Below, piece by piece: positions 14,682 through 24,627 of a DNA stretch of 64,000 nucleotides. Every line of letters starts with the position of its first letter. Positions within the stretch are counted from its first letter, which is position 1. The notes under the pieces were generated by a model. It was not told where the DNA came from, did no database searches, and saw nothing but the letters and a program-made list of their open reading frames with translations. Source of the stretch: Candidatus Krumholzibacteriota bacterium (lineage in GTDB: Bacteria; Krumholzibacteriota; Krumholzibacteriia; JAJRXK01); the NCBI GenBank assembly GCA_963764625.1, contig CAVXTH010000005.1, positions 192,001-256,000 of the forward strand, in the 5' to 3' direction. The translations under genes were made by a program, and so were the position numbers.

Positions 14682-16139
14682 CTAGCCGCTCCCCGGCATT
14701 CCGGTCGCGCGCCTGAGCGAAGTTCCCTGGGGGGTGTCCTCCAGCTGGAAGCCGCGGGCTTGGATCTCGTCGCGCAGCGAATCCGCCAGGGCCCAGTCCC
14801 GCTCCCGGCGCGCCTCATCGCGGCGGAGCAGCATCTCGGCGATCTCGGGGGGAATCTCGTCGGCGGATTCGAACTCCTCGAAAAGGCCCAAAACAGCCAG
14901 AGATTCGCGCAAAACCGTGCGAACGGCCCGTAGCGGCCCCTCCTCGACCTGGGCGGACAGGGGCCGGGCCAGGAGATAGGTATTCAACTGCCGGATAAGT
15001 TCGAAGAGGGCCGCCATCGCCGCTTCGGCGTTGAAATCGTCGCAGAGTCCGGCCCCAAAGCCCTCCTGGGCTCTTTGGGCCGCCTCCTGAAGAGCGATTC
15101 CCTCCCCGCTCTGGATGCCCTCCTGAAGCCCGGTGCCCAGATCGTCCGCGCGCTGGAGCTCTTCCAGCTTCGCAAGCGCGCGCGCCATGCGGTCGTAGGC
15201 GGCCTGGGCCTCGAGCATGCGCTCGCGTCCGTACTCCATCTGGTTGCGGAAATGGCCGCGCAGAAGGTAGAAGCGCACCACTTCGGCGGGAAACTCGGTC
15301 AAGACTTCGTCCATGGCGAAGAAGTGCCCCGTGCTCTTGGACATCTTCTGGCCCTGGAGGTTCAAGAGCCCGTTGTGCATCCAATAACGGACGAACTTCC
15401 CCCCCAGCGACTTGCTCTGCGCCACTTCGTTCTCGTGGTGGGGAAAGATGAGATCGCGGCCGCCGCCGTGGAGATCAAAGCACTCGCCGAGGTACTTGGT
15501 GGACATGACCGAACACTCGATGTGCCAGCCGGGACGGCCCTTGCCCCAGGGGCTGTCCCAGGCGGGTTCCCCTTCCTTGGAGGCCTTCCAGAGGGCGAAG
15601 TCGAGCGGATCGCGTTTGTTGGCATCGACTTCGATGCGGTAGCCGCTCTCGAGATCCTCGATGCGCCGGCCCGAGAGCTCACCGTACTGGGGCCAGGACC
15701 GCACCTCGAACCAGACGCTTCCCCCGGATTCGTACGCGTGGCCCGCTTCGATCAGCCGGGCGATGTAGGCCTGGATCTCCTCGATGTGTTCGGTGACTTT
15801 CGGGTAGATCTGCGCTCGCTTGATCTTGAGCGCGTCCGCGGCGGCGAAGAAGCGGTCGATGTTCTCCTGGGCCAAGGCCGCGGGATCCTGCCCGCTCTCG
15901 TTGGCCTTGGCGATGATCTTGTCGTCGATGTCGGTGAAGTTCTGCACGTGGAGTACTTCGTAGCCCAGATTCTCCAGGCTGCGGCGAATCAGATCGGCGG
16001 ACACGAAGGCCAGCATGTGGCCCATGTGGGGACGGTCCTGCACCGTCATCCCGCACACGTACATGGTGACGCGCGGCGGATTCAGGGGCTGGAACTCCTC
16101 CTTCTTGCCCGTTTCGTGGTTGTAGATCTGCAGATTCAG
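14682..16139 (-). CDS. cysS: cysteine--tRNA ligase
   Basis: YVCG.TV, HMGH (HIGH), GRPGWHIECS, FPHHENE, KMSKS; homology begins at CTG 16139 with AGGAGG SD (ORF-track extension to 16562 lies inside ddl). Confidence 0.95.
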   Translation of the reverse strand: MNLQIYNHETGKKEEFQPLNPPRVTMYVCGMTVQDRPHMGHMLAFVSADLIRRSLENLGYEVLHVQNFTDIDDKIIAKANESGQDPAALAQENIDRFFAAADALKIKRAQIYPKVTEHIEEIQAYIARLIEAGHAYESGGSVWFEVRSWPQYGELSGRRIEDLESGYRIEVDANKRDPLDFALWKASKEGEPAWDSPWGKGRPGWHIECSVMSTKYLGECFDLHGGGRDLIFPHHENEVAQSKSLGGKFVRYWMHNGLLNLQGQKMSKSTGHFFAMDEVLTEFPAEVVRFYLLRGHFRNQMEYGRERMLEAQAAYDRMARALAKLEELQRADDLGTGLQEGIQSGEGIALQEAAQRAQEGFGAGLCDDFNAEAAMAALFELIRQLNTYLLARPLSAQVEEGPLRAVRTVLRESLAVLGLFEEFESADEIPPEIAEMLLRRDEARRERDWALADSLRDEIQARGFQLEDTPQGTSLRRATGMPGSG

Positions 16140-17077
16140 GTCGTTCCTCCTGCGGCCCGGCGCGCGCGCTCCAGAGGGCCCGCGCAGAGCGCCTCGCAGA
16201 GCTGCGGAAAGCTCAGGCCGATTTCCTTGGCGCCCATGGGTAAGAGACTCGTCTTGGTCATCCCCGGAATCGTGTTGAGTTCCAGAATCCAGAAGCGACC
16301 GTCTCCGTCCAGGCGGATGTCCATGCGGGCCATGTCGTGCAGGTCCAGGGCATCCCAGAGCCGCAGGCCCGCGTCGTGCACTCGTTTTGTCAGCTTGGCC
16401 TCGAGCCCGGCCGGACAGCGGTATTCGGTGCGGCCCGGCGTGTACTTGTTTTGATAGTCGTAGAACCCCTCCTTGGGAAGGATTTCCACCAGAGGAGTGC
16501 AACGACCGGCGACCATGGGCAAAGTGAGTTCCCGGCCGGGAATGTAGCGCTCGAGCATCCATCGGCCAGTCCGCTCTTTGCGTTCCTGCCAGACTCGGCG
16601 CAGCTCCTCCTCACTCGGCTCGATGCAGACTCCAATCGCCGATCCCTCGCACGCGGGCTTGAGCACCACCGAAGATCCCAGCTCCTTCGCCCGCGCCAGA
16701 ACCGTTTCCACCGGGGTGTCCCCGGGCAGAGTTCTCCACTGCGGGGTGGGAATCTCCAGCGAACGCAGGATGTGCTTGGTCAGCAATTTGTCCATGGTGA
16801 CGGCGCAGGCGCTGGGACCGCTCCCGACGTAGATCTTGCCCTCCAGTTCCAGGAGGGCCTGGATGCGCCCGTCCTCACCGGCGCCCCCGTGCAGGGCGAC
16901 GAAGACGAGGTCTGCTTTTTTCAGCTCTTCGCTCCGCATCGCGGCCAGGGGATCGACCGGGTCGATCGGGTCGACCTCGTGCCCCAAGGAGCGCAGAGCC
17001 TCGACCACCGCGTTCCCGGTGGCCAACGAGATCTCCCGCTCCGCACTGCTTCCGCCCATGAGGACTGCGATGCGCAC
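16136..17077 (-). CDS. ddl: D-alanine--D-alanine ligase
   Basis: GGSSAEREIS, LHGGAGEDG, EGSAIG, ELNTIPGMT. Confidence 0.95.
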   Translation of the reverse strand: MRIAVLMGGSSAEREISLATGNAVVEALRSLGHEVDPIDPVDPLAAMRSEELKKADLVFVALHGGAGEDGRIQALLELEGKIYVGSGPSACAVTMDKLLTKHILRSLEIPTPQWRTLPGDTPVETVLARAKELGSSVVLKPACEGSAIGVCIEPSEEELRRVWQERKERTGRWMLERYIPGRELTLPMVAGRCTPLVEILPKEGFYDYQNKYTPGRTEYRCPAGLEAKLTKRVHDAGLRLWDALDLHDMARMDIRLDGDGRFWILELNTIPGMTKTSLLPMGAKEIGLSFPQLCEALCAGPLERARRAAGGTT

Positions 17078-17094
17078 TTCGTTTCACTCCGCGG

Positions 17095-17574
17095 CTAGAG
17101 TTCTTGCATGAGGACGACGGCGCGCGCGGTGAGGGCCTCGCCCCGCCCTTCCGGACCGAGCCCCTCGCCTCGGGTCGCCTTTACCGAGACGCAGTTCAAC
17201 TCGAGCTGAAGCACCCCGGCCAACGCGGCGCGCATGGTCTTGAGGTGCGGCGCCAGACGTGGAGCCTCGGCCATGACCGTGGCGTCGACGTTTCCCGGAC
17301 GCCACCCAGCGCCGCGAGCCAGAGCCACCACTTCGTGCAGGAACTCGAGGCTCGCGCGGCCCTCGTGCGCGGGATCGGTGTCGGGAAAGTGTTGGCCCAG
17401 ATCTCCCAGAGCCAGAGCGCCCAGGATGGCGTCGCAGATGGCGTGGGTCAGGGCATCGCCATCGCTGTGGCCCGAAAGGCCCTTCTCGTGATCGATCGAG
17501 ACTCCTCCCAGGATCAGCGGCCTCCCCTCCACCAGGCGATGCCGGTCGACTCCCTCTCCGATGCGAACGCTCAT
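17095..17574 (-). CDS. ispF: 2-C-methyl-D-erythritol 2,4-cyclodiphosphate synthase
   Basis: [29 protein letters not shown]. Confidence 0.95.
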   Translation of the reverse strand: MSVRIGEGVDRHRLVEGRPLILGGVSIDHEKGLSGHSDGDALTHAICDAILGALALGDLGQHFPDTDPAHEGRASLEFLHEVVALARGAGWRPGNVDATVMAEAPRLAPHLKTMRAALAGVLQLELNCVSVKATRGEGLGPEGRGEALTARAVVLMQEL

Positions 17575-18284
17575 CTCCGCTTCCTCTCGAACTCGCTGGC
17601 GTCATGCCCCTCGAGGATCTGCACCGCCCAGGTGAGATCCAGGTGGCTGGTGATCTTCTGATTCTGCTCCTCGCCCTCGACCAGAGCCACTTTCCGGCCG
17701 GCGGCGAGAACCACCCCGGCGTCGTCGGGATGATCCTCGATCCCGATCTTCGCGAAGGCCTCTTCGAGCACGCTCTTGGCGAAGCCCTGCGGGGTCTGAA
17801 CCGCGCGGAGACCATCCCGCGGCAGGTAGCGCTTCACTCCGCCTTGGGAGTCGGTCTCGACGGTCGAGTCCTTCACCGGCACCGTCGGCACCGCGGCCCC
17901 GTACTCCCTGGCCGCCTCGATCACCCGCCGGATGAGCGCGGGACTGGCGAAAGGACGTGCCGCGTCGTGAATGAGCACGATCTCGCACGCCTGCGGAAGC
18001 GCCGCGAGCCCGCGCCGGGAACTCTCGTGACGTGTCTTGCCTCCCACCACCACCGAGAGGAGCTTGCGCGCATCGCAGTCGAACATCTCTTCGGTCACCT
18101 CGCCGCTGCGTCCGCGCGGAACCACCACCACGAGTCCCTCGACTTCCTTGGTCTTCAGGAAAGGGGAACAGGCGTGATAGAGCAGAGTGCGTCCGGCCAC
18201 TCGCGTGAACTGCTTGGCCCCTCCGGCGCGCTTTCCCTGTCCAGCCGCCAGCACGACGGCGCACACCGAGAGCTTCTTCACCAT
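17571..18284 (-). CDS. ispD: 2-C-methyl-D-erythritol 4-phosphate cytidylyltransferase
   Basis: [26 protein letters not shown]. Confidence 0.93.
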   Translation of the reverse strand: MVKKLSVCAVVLAAGQGKRAGGAKQFTRVAGRTLLYHACSPFLKTKEVEGLVVVVPRGRSGEVTEEMFDCDARKLLSVVVGGKTRHESSRRGLAALPQACEIVLIHDAARPFASPALIRRVIEAAREYGAAVPTVPVKDSTVETDSQGGVKRYLPRDGLRAVQTPQGFAKSVLEEAFAKIGIEDHPDDAGVVLAAGRKVALVEGEEQNQKITSHLDLTWAVQILEGHDASEFERKRR

Positions 18285-18287
18285 GAC

Positions 18288-19703
18288 TCAGTTCTCCTCG
18301 CGCCGCGTCTTCACGGTGCCCATGCCGAAGGCGATCGCCAGCGCCGCTTGCACCGTTCGCACCGTTTCGATCCGCAGCCCCTTGATCTTGGGCACAGAAG
18401 CTGAATCGAAGGCGGCCACTACTGCCCGGCGGAATCCATGCGCCGCGGCTTCCTGCAGACGGGACTTCAGATTCTCGGCCGGCCTCAGCTCGCCGGTGAG
18501 TCCCACTTCGCCCACGAGAATCTGCTCGGCCGCCAGCGCGCGTTCCTTGGCGCTGGAAGCCATGGCCGCGATCAAGGCCAGATCGGCCGCGGGGTCGTGG
18601 ACCGTGAGCCCGCCCGCGATCTTCACGAAGATGTCGAGTCCACCGACTTGCAGGTTGCCCTTGCGTTCCAGGATGGCGGCGAGCAATGCCACCCGCTTGG
18701 AGTCTACTCCCGCCACCACGCGCGAGGGGGTGGCGTAGTGGCTCGGACTCAGGAGCGCCTGGACCTCCACCAGGAAGGGGCGGGTCCCGGTTTGAATGAC
18801 GGTCACCGCGCTGCCGGGCTCGTTGACCATACGGCCGGCCAGAAAGAGCGCGCTCGGGTCGCGGACCGGGCGCAGGCCGGTATCGGTCATCTCCAGCACC
18901 GCCAGCTCTCCGGTGGCGCCGAAGCGGTTCTTGAAGGCCCGGATCAGACGCACCATCCCGTGGGGATCGGGCTCGAAGTAGAGCACCAGGTCGACCAGGT
19001 GTTCGAGCACTCGCGGCCCGGCCAGATCGCCTTCCTTGGTGACGTGTCCGGCCAGGGCGACCGCGCAGCCGGTGGCGCGGGCGAAGTCGGCCAACAGCCC
19101 GCCGCAGAAGCGGATCTGCGAAACGCTTCCCGGAATCCCCTCGAGTTGCTCGCTGTATACGGTCTGAATGGAATCGACCACCAAAAAGGCGGGGGGATTC
19201 TCGTAGAGCGCGGGCAACACCCGTTCGAGACAGGGCTCTTCCAGAACCAGATAGCCCTCGTGCAGGCAGCGGAGTCGCGCGGCGCGGCGGCGCACCTGAG
19301 CCGCGGACTCCTCGGCCGAGAGGTAGACTGCGCTGCTGCCGCTGGCGGCGAACCCGCCGCCGATCATGGTCAGAAGCGTCGACTTTCCCACCCCGGGAGC
19401 GCCGCCCAAGAGGAGGATGCTGCCGGGGACCAATCCGCCCCCCAGGACCCGGTTGAGATCGGCGGGCTCGACGAGAAGGCGCGGGAGACGGTCCGCGTCA
19501 ACTTCGGTCAGGGGCTTGGCCTCCACCAGCTTGGCGCTCGCGCGCAGTCCGCGCGCGCTGCGGCCGTCGGTCAAGGCGTCGGGGCCTACCGGACGCGATG
19601 GGCGCAGCGAGTTCCAGCTACCGCACTCGGGACAGCGCCCCAGCCAGCGCACTTCGTGGTGTCCACATTCGGCGCAGGTGAATGAACTCCGCTCTTTGGT
19701 CAT
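18288..19703 (-). CDS. radA: DNA repair protein RadA/Sms
   Basis: C4 Zn finger, GAPGVGKST, KNRFG motif, Lon-like C-terminus. Confidence 0.96.
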   Translation of the reverse strand: MTKERSSFTCAECGHHEVRWLGRCPECGSWNSLRPSRPVGPDALTDGRSARGLRASAKLVEAKPLTEVDADRLPRLLVEPADLNRVLGGGLVPGSILLLGGAPGVGKSTLLTMIGGGFAASGSSAVYLSAEESAAQVRRRAARLRCLHEGYLVLEEPCLERVLPALYENPPAFLVVDSIQTVYSEQLEGIPGSVSQIRFCGGLLADFARATGCAVALAGHVTKEGDLAGPRVLEHLVDLVLYFEPDPHGMVRLIRAFKNRFGATGELAVLEMTDTGLRPVRDPSALFLAGRMVNEPGSAVTVIQTGTRPFLVEVQALLSPSHYATPSRVVAGVDSKRVALLAAILERKGNLQVGGLDIFVKIAGGLTVHDPAADLALIAAMASSAKERALAAEQILVGEVGLTGELRPAENLKSRLQEAAAHGFRRAVVAAFDSASVPKIKGLRIETVRTVQAALAIAFGMGTVKTRREEN

Positions 19704-19764
19704 CTCCACTCTCCAGACCGGAGGCGTTTCGCAAAGAAACGAACCCGCGAAGCAGACCCGCAGG

Positions 19765-20679
19765 CTAGAACTGCATGAGGGTCAGGTGCAGATAGCGCTG
19801 CGGATTGCGGCGGATGTCCGCGATCAGCGCGTTCACCTGTAGAATACTGTCTTGTACCTTCGCCCCCAATTCCTCGTCGTGGATCAGTTTCCCCACCACT
19901 CCGTCCTGCTGGTTGATGGCGGCCAGGAGGATGCGGCTGTCTTCGGCGACCCGATCGAGGTGCGCGATGAGGCTGTCTACTCTCGTCATGCTGGCGGGAA
20001 GCCGATCGAGGCTCGCCCCCAAGCTGTCCGAGTGCGCGCCGAGGAAGCGATCCATGCGCGCGGTCATGGAAGCGACGTTCTTGGAAGTCTCGCTCATCTG
20101 AGTCTGGTTGTTCTCGAAGAAGCTGGCCAGCTCGCGGCTCGCCCGGGTGGCTTCCCTCAAAATCGACGCCAGTCCGTCCTTTTCGTCGAGGGTGTCCATG
20201 GTCGTTTCGAGCCGGTCGAGGAATTCGCTGAAGCGATCGCCCAACTCGGCCATCTGACCGGCGAGCTCGGGCATGGAGAAGTCGTACACGCCCTCGAAGA
20301 CATGGTCCTCCTCGCGGGGAACGAGTTCGCCGGTTCCCGGATCGAGCGCGAGAATGCGCTCTCCCACCAGTCCGATCGAAGAAATGTGGAAATTCGCGTC
20401 GCGGTGAATCTTGACGCGCCCGTCCACCTGGCAGCTCACGAGAACGCCTTTGTCCAAGAGCTGGATTTCACTCACCTTGCCCAGGGGGATCCCGCGGACC
20501 TGCACCGGATCGCCAGTGCCCAATCCGCCCACGCTGGAAAAATGCACTCTCACGAGCTGGGTCTGTTGGCGTATGCGGACGTTTTGCAAGAAGAGCAAGC
20601 CGGCAACGAGGACGACGAGGGCGAGAATCACCACGACCCCCACCTGGATCTCCTGTCGACTGCGGGCGGATGCCGTCAT
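19765..20679 (-). CDS. MCE/MlaD-family substrate-binding protein
   Basis: N-terminal TM, GL..GDPV..RGIP.GKV MCE domain, helical tail ending DIRRNPQRY. Confidence 0.88.
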   Translation of the reverse strand: MTASARSRQEIQVGVVVILALVVLVAGLLFLQNVRIRQQTQLVRVHFSSVGGLGTGDPVQVRGIPLGKVSEIQLLDKGVLVSCQVDGRVKIHRDANFHISSIGLVGERILALDPGTGELVPREEDHVFEGVYDFSMPELAGQMAELGDRFSEFLDRLETTMDTLDEKDGLASILREATRASRELASFFENNQTQMSETSKNVASMTARMDRFLGAHSDSLGASLDRLPASMTRVDSLIAHLDRVAEDSRILLAAINQQDGVVGKLIHDEELGAKVQDSILQVNALIADIRRNPQRYLHLTLMQF

Positions 20680-20691
20680 GGCGCGCTCCTC

Positions 20692-21450
20692 CTAAAAGGC
20701 ATGAAGAGGTCCCTTGCTCGTTCCGTCGATGAACTGGCGCATCGGTCCCTCCGTGGTGGCTCGCGCTTCCTCGGCCGAGCCTTCGAAAATGATGTGCCCC
20801 TCGTTCAAGAGTGCGAAGCGTCGCCCGACTTCGAACGCGCTCACCATGTCGTGGGTGACCACGATCGAGGTGACACCGAGCTCCTCATCGAGCCGGCGGA
20901 TGAGAAGGTTGATGGCATCGGCCGAAATGGGATCGAGCCCCGTCGTGGGCTCATCATACAGGATGTACTCGGGAGTCGTCACGATCGCTCGCGCCAGGCT
21001 CGCTCGCTTGCGCATTCCGCCGGAAAGCTCCGACGGCATCTTGAAATAGGCCTCCGCCATTCCGACCTGAGACAGCGCGGCCCCGACTCTCTCGCGCACC
21101 TGCGCTTCACTCTCACTGGTATGCTCGCGTAACGCGAGCGCGATGTTTTCTCCCACCGTCATCGAATCGAAAAGGGCTCCCCCCTGAAAGACCATCCCGA
21201 AGCGCCGCCGCAGAGTGAACAGACCGCCGCGGGAAAGTCGCGTCACTTCCTGCCCGTCCACCAGCACCGATCCCTCGTCGGGTCGGAGCAGGCCCACCAT
21301 GAGCTTGAGCAACACGCTCTTGCCCTGCCCACTCTTGCCCAGGATGACGCGCTGCTCGCCGCGGGCGATCTGCAGATCGACCCCACGGAGCACCGACTGG
21401 TCGCCGAAGCGCTTGAAGAGCCCGCTGAGGACGATTCCGGTGGCGCTCAT
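20692..21450 (-). CDS. mlaF: MlaF-family ABC ATPase
   Basis: GKSGQGKS, FQGGALFDSMTV, LSGGMRKR, YDEPTTGLDP. Confidence 0.9.
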   Translation of the reverse strand: MSATGIVLSGLFKRFGDQSVLRGVDLQIARGEQRVILGKSGQGKSVLLKLMVGLLRPDEGSVLVDGQEVTRLSRGGLFTLRRRFGMVFQGGALFDSMTVGENIALALREHTSESEAQVRERVGAALSQVGMAEAYFKMPSELSGGMRKRASLARAIVTTPEYILYDEPTTGLDPISADAINLLIRRLDEELGVTSIVVTHDMVSAFEVGRRFALLNEGHIIFEGSAEEARATTEGPMRQFIDGTSKGPLHAF

Positions 21451-22232
21451 GATCCGAAGAAGACCTGGAAGATGATCGTGGCCAGAAGGTAGTCCGCGAC
21501 CAGGACCATGAGGGCCGAGCTGACGACCGCGTGCATCGCCGCGCTGCCGACGCCCTGCGCGCCACCCTCGGTGTTGAATCCACTGATGACGCCGCTCACC
21601 GCGATGATTCCGCCGAAGACAGCGGCCTTGATGAGTCCTCCCCAGATGTCGTGCGCGAAGAAGAGGAACCTCAGCCCGGTGCTGAAGACCTTGGTGCTGA
21701 TGTCCAGAGTGAACAGAGAAACGATGAGCGCGCCCAGGACCGCGACCAGATCGGCGAAAATGGTCAGGACCGGCAACATGATCACGCAGGCGATAAAGCG
21801 CGGAAGGGCCAGGTAACGCACCGGGTCGATGGCCAGCATTTCCAGGGCGTCGATCTGTTCGGTCACGCGCATCGTTCCCAACTCGGCCGCGATGCTCGAG
21901 CTCACGCGCGCCCCGACCACCAGGGCGGTCAACACCGGACCCAGTTCGATGAAGACCATCTTGGCCACGACCGTGCCCAGCAGATTGGTTGGAACGTAGG
22001 CGCCCATTTGATAGGCCGACTGCACCGCCGCCACCGCTCCGGTGAAGAGCGAGGTGATCATCACGAGGGGAATCGAACCGTTCCCCACGATAAACATCTG
22101 ACGAAGGATCTCGCGGAAACTTCGATGGATGGAAGGAAGCGCCGCCGCCATGCGGGCCAGCAGCATTCCTCCCCTGCCCGCGTCGGCGACCGCGGCGATG
22201 ACGCCAGCTCCAACCCGTTGGACGATTAACAT
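21447..22232 (-). CDS. mlaE: MlaE-family ABC permease
   Basis: ELGPVLTALVVGAR, AELGTMRVTEQIDALE; ATG 22232. Confidence 0.92.
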   Translation of the reverse strand: MLIVQRVGAGVIAAVADAGRGGMLLARMAAALPSIHRSFREILRQMFIVGNGSIPLVMITSLFTGAVAAVQSAYQMGAYVPTNLLGTVVAKMVFIELGPVLTALVVGARVSSSIAAELGTMRVTEQIDALEMLAIDPVRYLALPRFIACVIMLPVLTIFADLVAVLGALIVSLFTLDISTKVFSTGLRFLFFAHDIWGGLIKAAVFGGIIAVSGVISGFNTEGGAQGVGSAAMHAVVSSALMVLVADYLLATIIFQVFFGS

Positions 22233-22238
22233 GGAGGC

Positions 22239-22268
22239 AGTATAGGCGCTCGCGCGCTCGGGCGGCAA
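22239..22268 (-). promoter_or_regulatory. promoter for probably leaderless mlaE transcript
   Basis: TTGCCG-18 nt-TATACT-6 nt-ATG, no SD. Confidence 0.55.
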
Positions 22269-22278
22269 CGCCCGGGAT

Positions 22279-23733
22279 TTACCAGATCTCCGGGCCAGGA
22301 TCGCCTTGCGACGCGGCCGGAGGACCACTCGAGCCACGCTGCACGAAGTCCGGCGGCGGTACTTTGTCGCGCGCGAGGTTCGAGAAGCGAGTGAAGCGGC
22401 GATCGAAATGCAGCTTCACCGTCCCGATGGGACCGTTGCGCTGTTTGCCGATGATGAGTTCGGCGAGATTGGCCAACTCCGGATTGTCGGGCTCGTAGTA
22501 CTCCTGGCGATACACGAAACTGACCATGTCGGCGTCCTGTTCGATGGCCCCCGACTCGCGCAGATCGCTGAGCATCGGGCGATGGTCTCCCCCTCGACTC
22601 TCCACCGCGCGGGAGAGCTGTGACAGCGCCATCACCGTCACCTGAAGATCCTTGGCCAGGGCTTTGAGGGAGCGTGAAATCTGACTGATTTCCTGCTGGC
22701 GGTTCTCGCTGCGGTCGTGACTGCTCATGAGCTGCAGGTAGTCGACCACGATGAGCTTCACGCCGTGGAGTTGAACCATTCGACGGGCCTTCGAGCGCAA
22801 CTCGAGCACGGTGATTCCGCTGCTGTCGTCGATGTACACCGGCAGCTGCGTCAACTTGCCTAGTGCTTCGGTCAGACGAGGCCAATCGGTGGGCTTGAGG
22901 TGTCCGGTGCGGATGGCGTGGTTGTCGAATCCGCCGATGGAGGAGATCAGACGCGTGACGAGTTGCTCGGAGGACATCTCCAGACTGAAGAAACCCACCG
23001 CGTGCCCGTTCGAAGCCGCGTTGCAGGCCAGATTGAGTGCAAACGCGGTCTTTCCCATGGAAGGACGACCGGCCAGGATGACGAAGTCGCTTTCCTGAAA
23101 TCCACCGGTGAGCTTGTCCAGATCGGTGAAGCCCGAAGGAACTCCGGTGATCTCTCCCCCGCGCTGATACGCTTCCTGAATGTGCTGGAAGGTGAGATTG
23201 GCCAGATCCTTGAGCGCCTGGTAGCCCTTCTTCTCGGCCTGCTGCGCCAGCACGAAGAGCTCGTTCTGCGCGCGATCGAGAATCTCCTCGGCGGATTCGC
23301 CACCTTCGTAGGCATCTTTCGCGGTGGAATGACTCACCGCGATGACCTCGCGCAAGAGAGAGCGTTGACGCACGATGCGCGCGTGGTAGCCCACGTTGGC
23401 TGGGCTCACCGCGACGTCCAGCATGGCATCGAGCTCGGCCGGCCCCCCCATCTTGGCCAGCTCACCTTGCTTTTCCAGATGGTCGGCCAGCGTGATCAGG
23501 TCCGCCGGCTCGCCTCGTTCACTCAAGGCGATGAGTGATCGATAGACAGCTTGATGCCGGGGAACGTAAAAATCCTGCGGACGCAGGGTCTCCATCGACT
23601 CTCCCAACGCGTCGGCGCTCTGCAGACACGCGGACAATACGGCTCGCTCGGCTTCCGTCGCCTGGGGGGGAACCCGACCGCTGGGAAGGGTGTCGGCGCG
23701 CCGGGGAAGGGCTTGGAACTCCGCTTGATCCAT
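22279..23733 (-). CDS. dnaB: replicative DNA helicase
   Basis: PPQ..EAE.AVL, GRPSMGKT, DYLQLM, SDLRESGAIEQDAD, KQRNGP. Confidence 0.98.
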   Translation of the reverse strand: MDQAEFQALPRRADTLPSGRVPPQATEAERAVLSACLQSADALGESMETLRPQDFYVPRHQAVYRSLIALSERGEPADLITLADHLEKQGELAKMGGPAELDAMLDVAVSPANVGYHARIVRQRSLLREVIAVSHSTAKDAYEGGESAEEILDRAQNELFVLAQQAEKKGYQALKDLANLTFQHIQEAYQRGGEITGVPSGFTDLDKLTGGFQESDFVILAGRPSMGKTAFALNLACNAASNGHAVGFFSLEMSSEQLVTRLISSIGGFDNHAIRTGHLKPTDWPRLTEALGKLTQLPVYIDDSSGITVLELRSKARRMVQLHGVKLIVVDYLQLMSSHDRSENRQQEISQISRSLKALAKDLQVTVMALSQLSRAVESRGGDHRPMLSDLRESGAIEQDADMVSFVYRQEYYEPDNPELANLAELIIGKQRNGPIGTVKLHFDRRFTRFSNLARDKVPPPDFVQRGSSGPPAASQGDPGPEIW

Positions 23734-23810
23734 GAGTTCACCTGACTCAGAAGACTGTGAAGGCGAGGAGAAGTGCGACCCTCGGCGGGAGACGATGGTT
23801 CACCGACAGG

Positions 23811-23839
23811 AGAATAGCGTCCGACAGCCCACCCTTCAA
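23811..23839 (-). promoter_or_regulatory. sigma70-type promoter of dnaB
   Basis: TTGAAG-17 nt-TATTCT. Confidence 0.55.
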
Positions 23840-23870
23840 GTCGCACGCGTGTAGAGAGAGCAATGAAACC

Positions 23871-23968
23871 GGGGAGTAACTCGGGGAAAAGTGGGGGATA
23901 AACGGGGGGAAAATGGGGGATAAGCGGGGGGAAAGCGGGGGATAAGCGGGGGATGAATTCGGGGATAT
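23871..23968. repeat. 11-bp-period array of about 9 GGGGGA(T/A)AA-like units (DnaA-box-like)
   Basis: Units start at about 23871, 23882, 23893, 23904, 23915, 23926, 23937, 23948, 23960; three exact GGGGGATAA (reverse complement TTATCCCCC versus DnaA box TTATCCACA). Confidence 0.85.
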
Positions 23969-24042
23969 GGCGCCTTATCGCGGTCTGCTTATCCTGTGCG
24001 GCACACACGAGGGCAACCCCAAACCCAGGAAAGGTCTCTACC

Positions 24043-24627
24043 ATGAGCTTCGAGCTTCCTGCTCTTCCTTTCGACAAGAACGCCTTGGACCCCTACATGA
24101 GCGCCGAGACACTGGAGTACCACCACGGCAAACATCACAACGCCTACGTGAACAATCTCAACAAACTCATCGATGGCACGGAGTGGGCGGAGAAGAAGCT
24201 CGAGGATATCATCCAGGGTGCGACCGGCGGCGTATTCAACAATGCGGCCCAACACTACAACCACAGTTTCTTCTGGAAGTGCCTCAAGCCCAACGGTGGC
24301 GGCACCCCTTCCGGTGAACTCATGAAGGCGCTCGAAAAGGACTTCGGCGATTACCAGACCTTCCGCGAGGGCTTTGCCAAGACCTGCGCCACCCATTTCG
24401 GCAGCGGTTGGGGCTGGCTGGTCAAGAAGAACGGCAAGCTCGAACTCATGAGCACCGCGAACGCCGACACTCCCATGACGCACGGCGCCACCGCGCTCTT
24501 GACGATCGACGTGTGGGAGCACGCGTACTACATCGACTATCGGAACGATCGGGCTAAGTTCATCGAGACCATCATGACCAAGCTCGTGAATTGGGACACG
24601 GTGGAGCAGAACTTCAAGAAGGCCTGA
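24043..24627 (+). CDS. sodB: superoxide dismutase, probably Fe type
   Basis: HHGKHH, FNNAAQHYNHSFFW (AAQ Fe signature), DVWEHAYY. Confidence 0.93.
   Translation: MSFELPALPFDKNALDPYMSAETLEYHHGKHHNAYVNNLNKLIDGTEWAEKKLEDIIQGATGGVFNNAAQHYNHSFFWKCLKPNGGGTPSGELMKALEKDFGDYQTFREGFAKTCATHFGSGWGWLVKKNGKLELMSTANADTPMTHGATALLTIDVWEHAYYIDYRNDRAKFIETIMTKLVNWDTVEQNFKKA

Noticed and set aside
16140-16562. N-terminal extension of the cysS ORF
   Set aside because: Lies inside ddl in another frame and has no CysS similarity.
23871-23968. G-rich array as CRISPR, Fur box or oriC
   Set aside because: No spacers or cas genes; Fur GATAAT hexamers have 6-bp pitch, not 11; no AT-rich unwinding element or strand switch visible.
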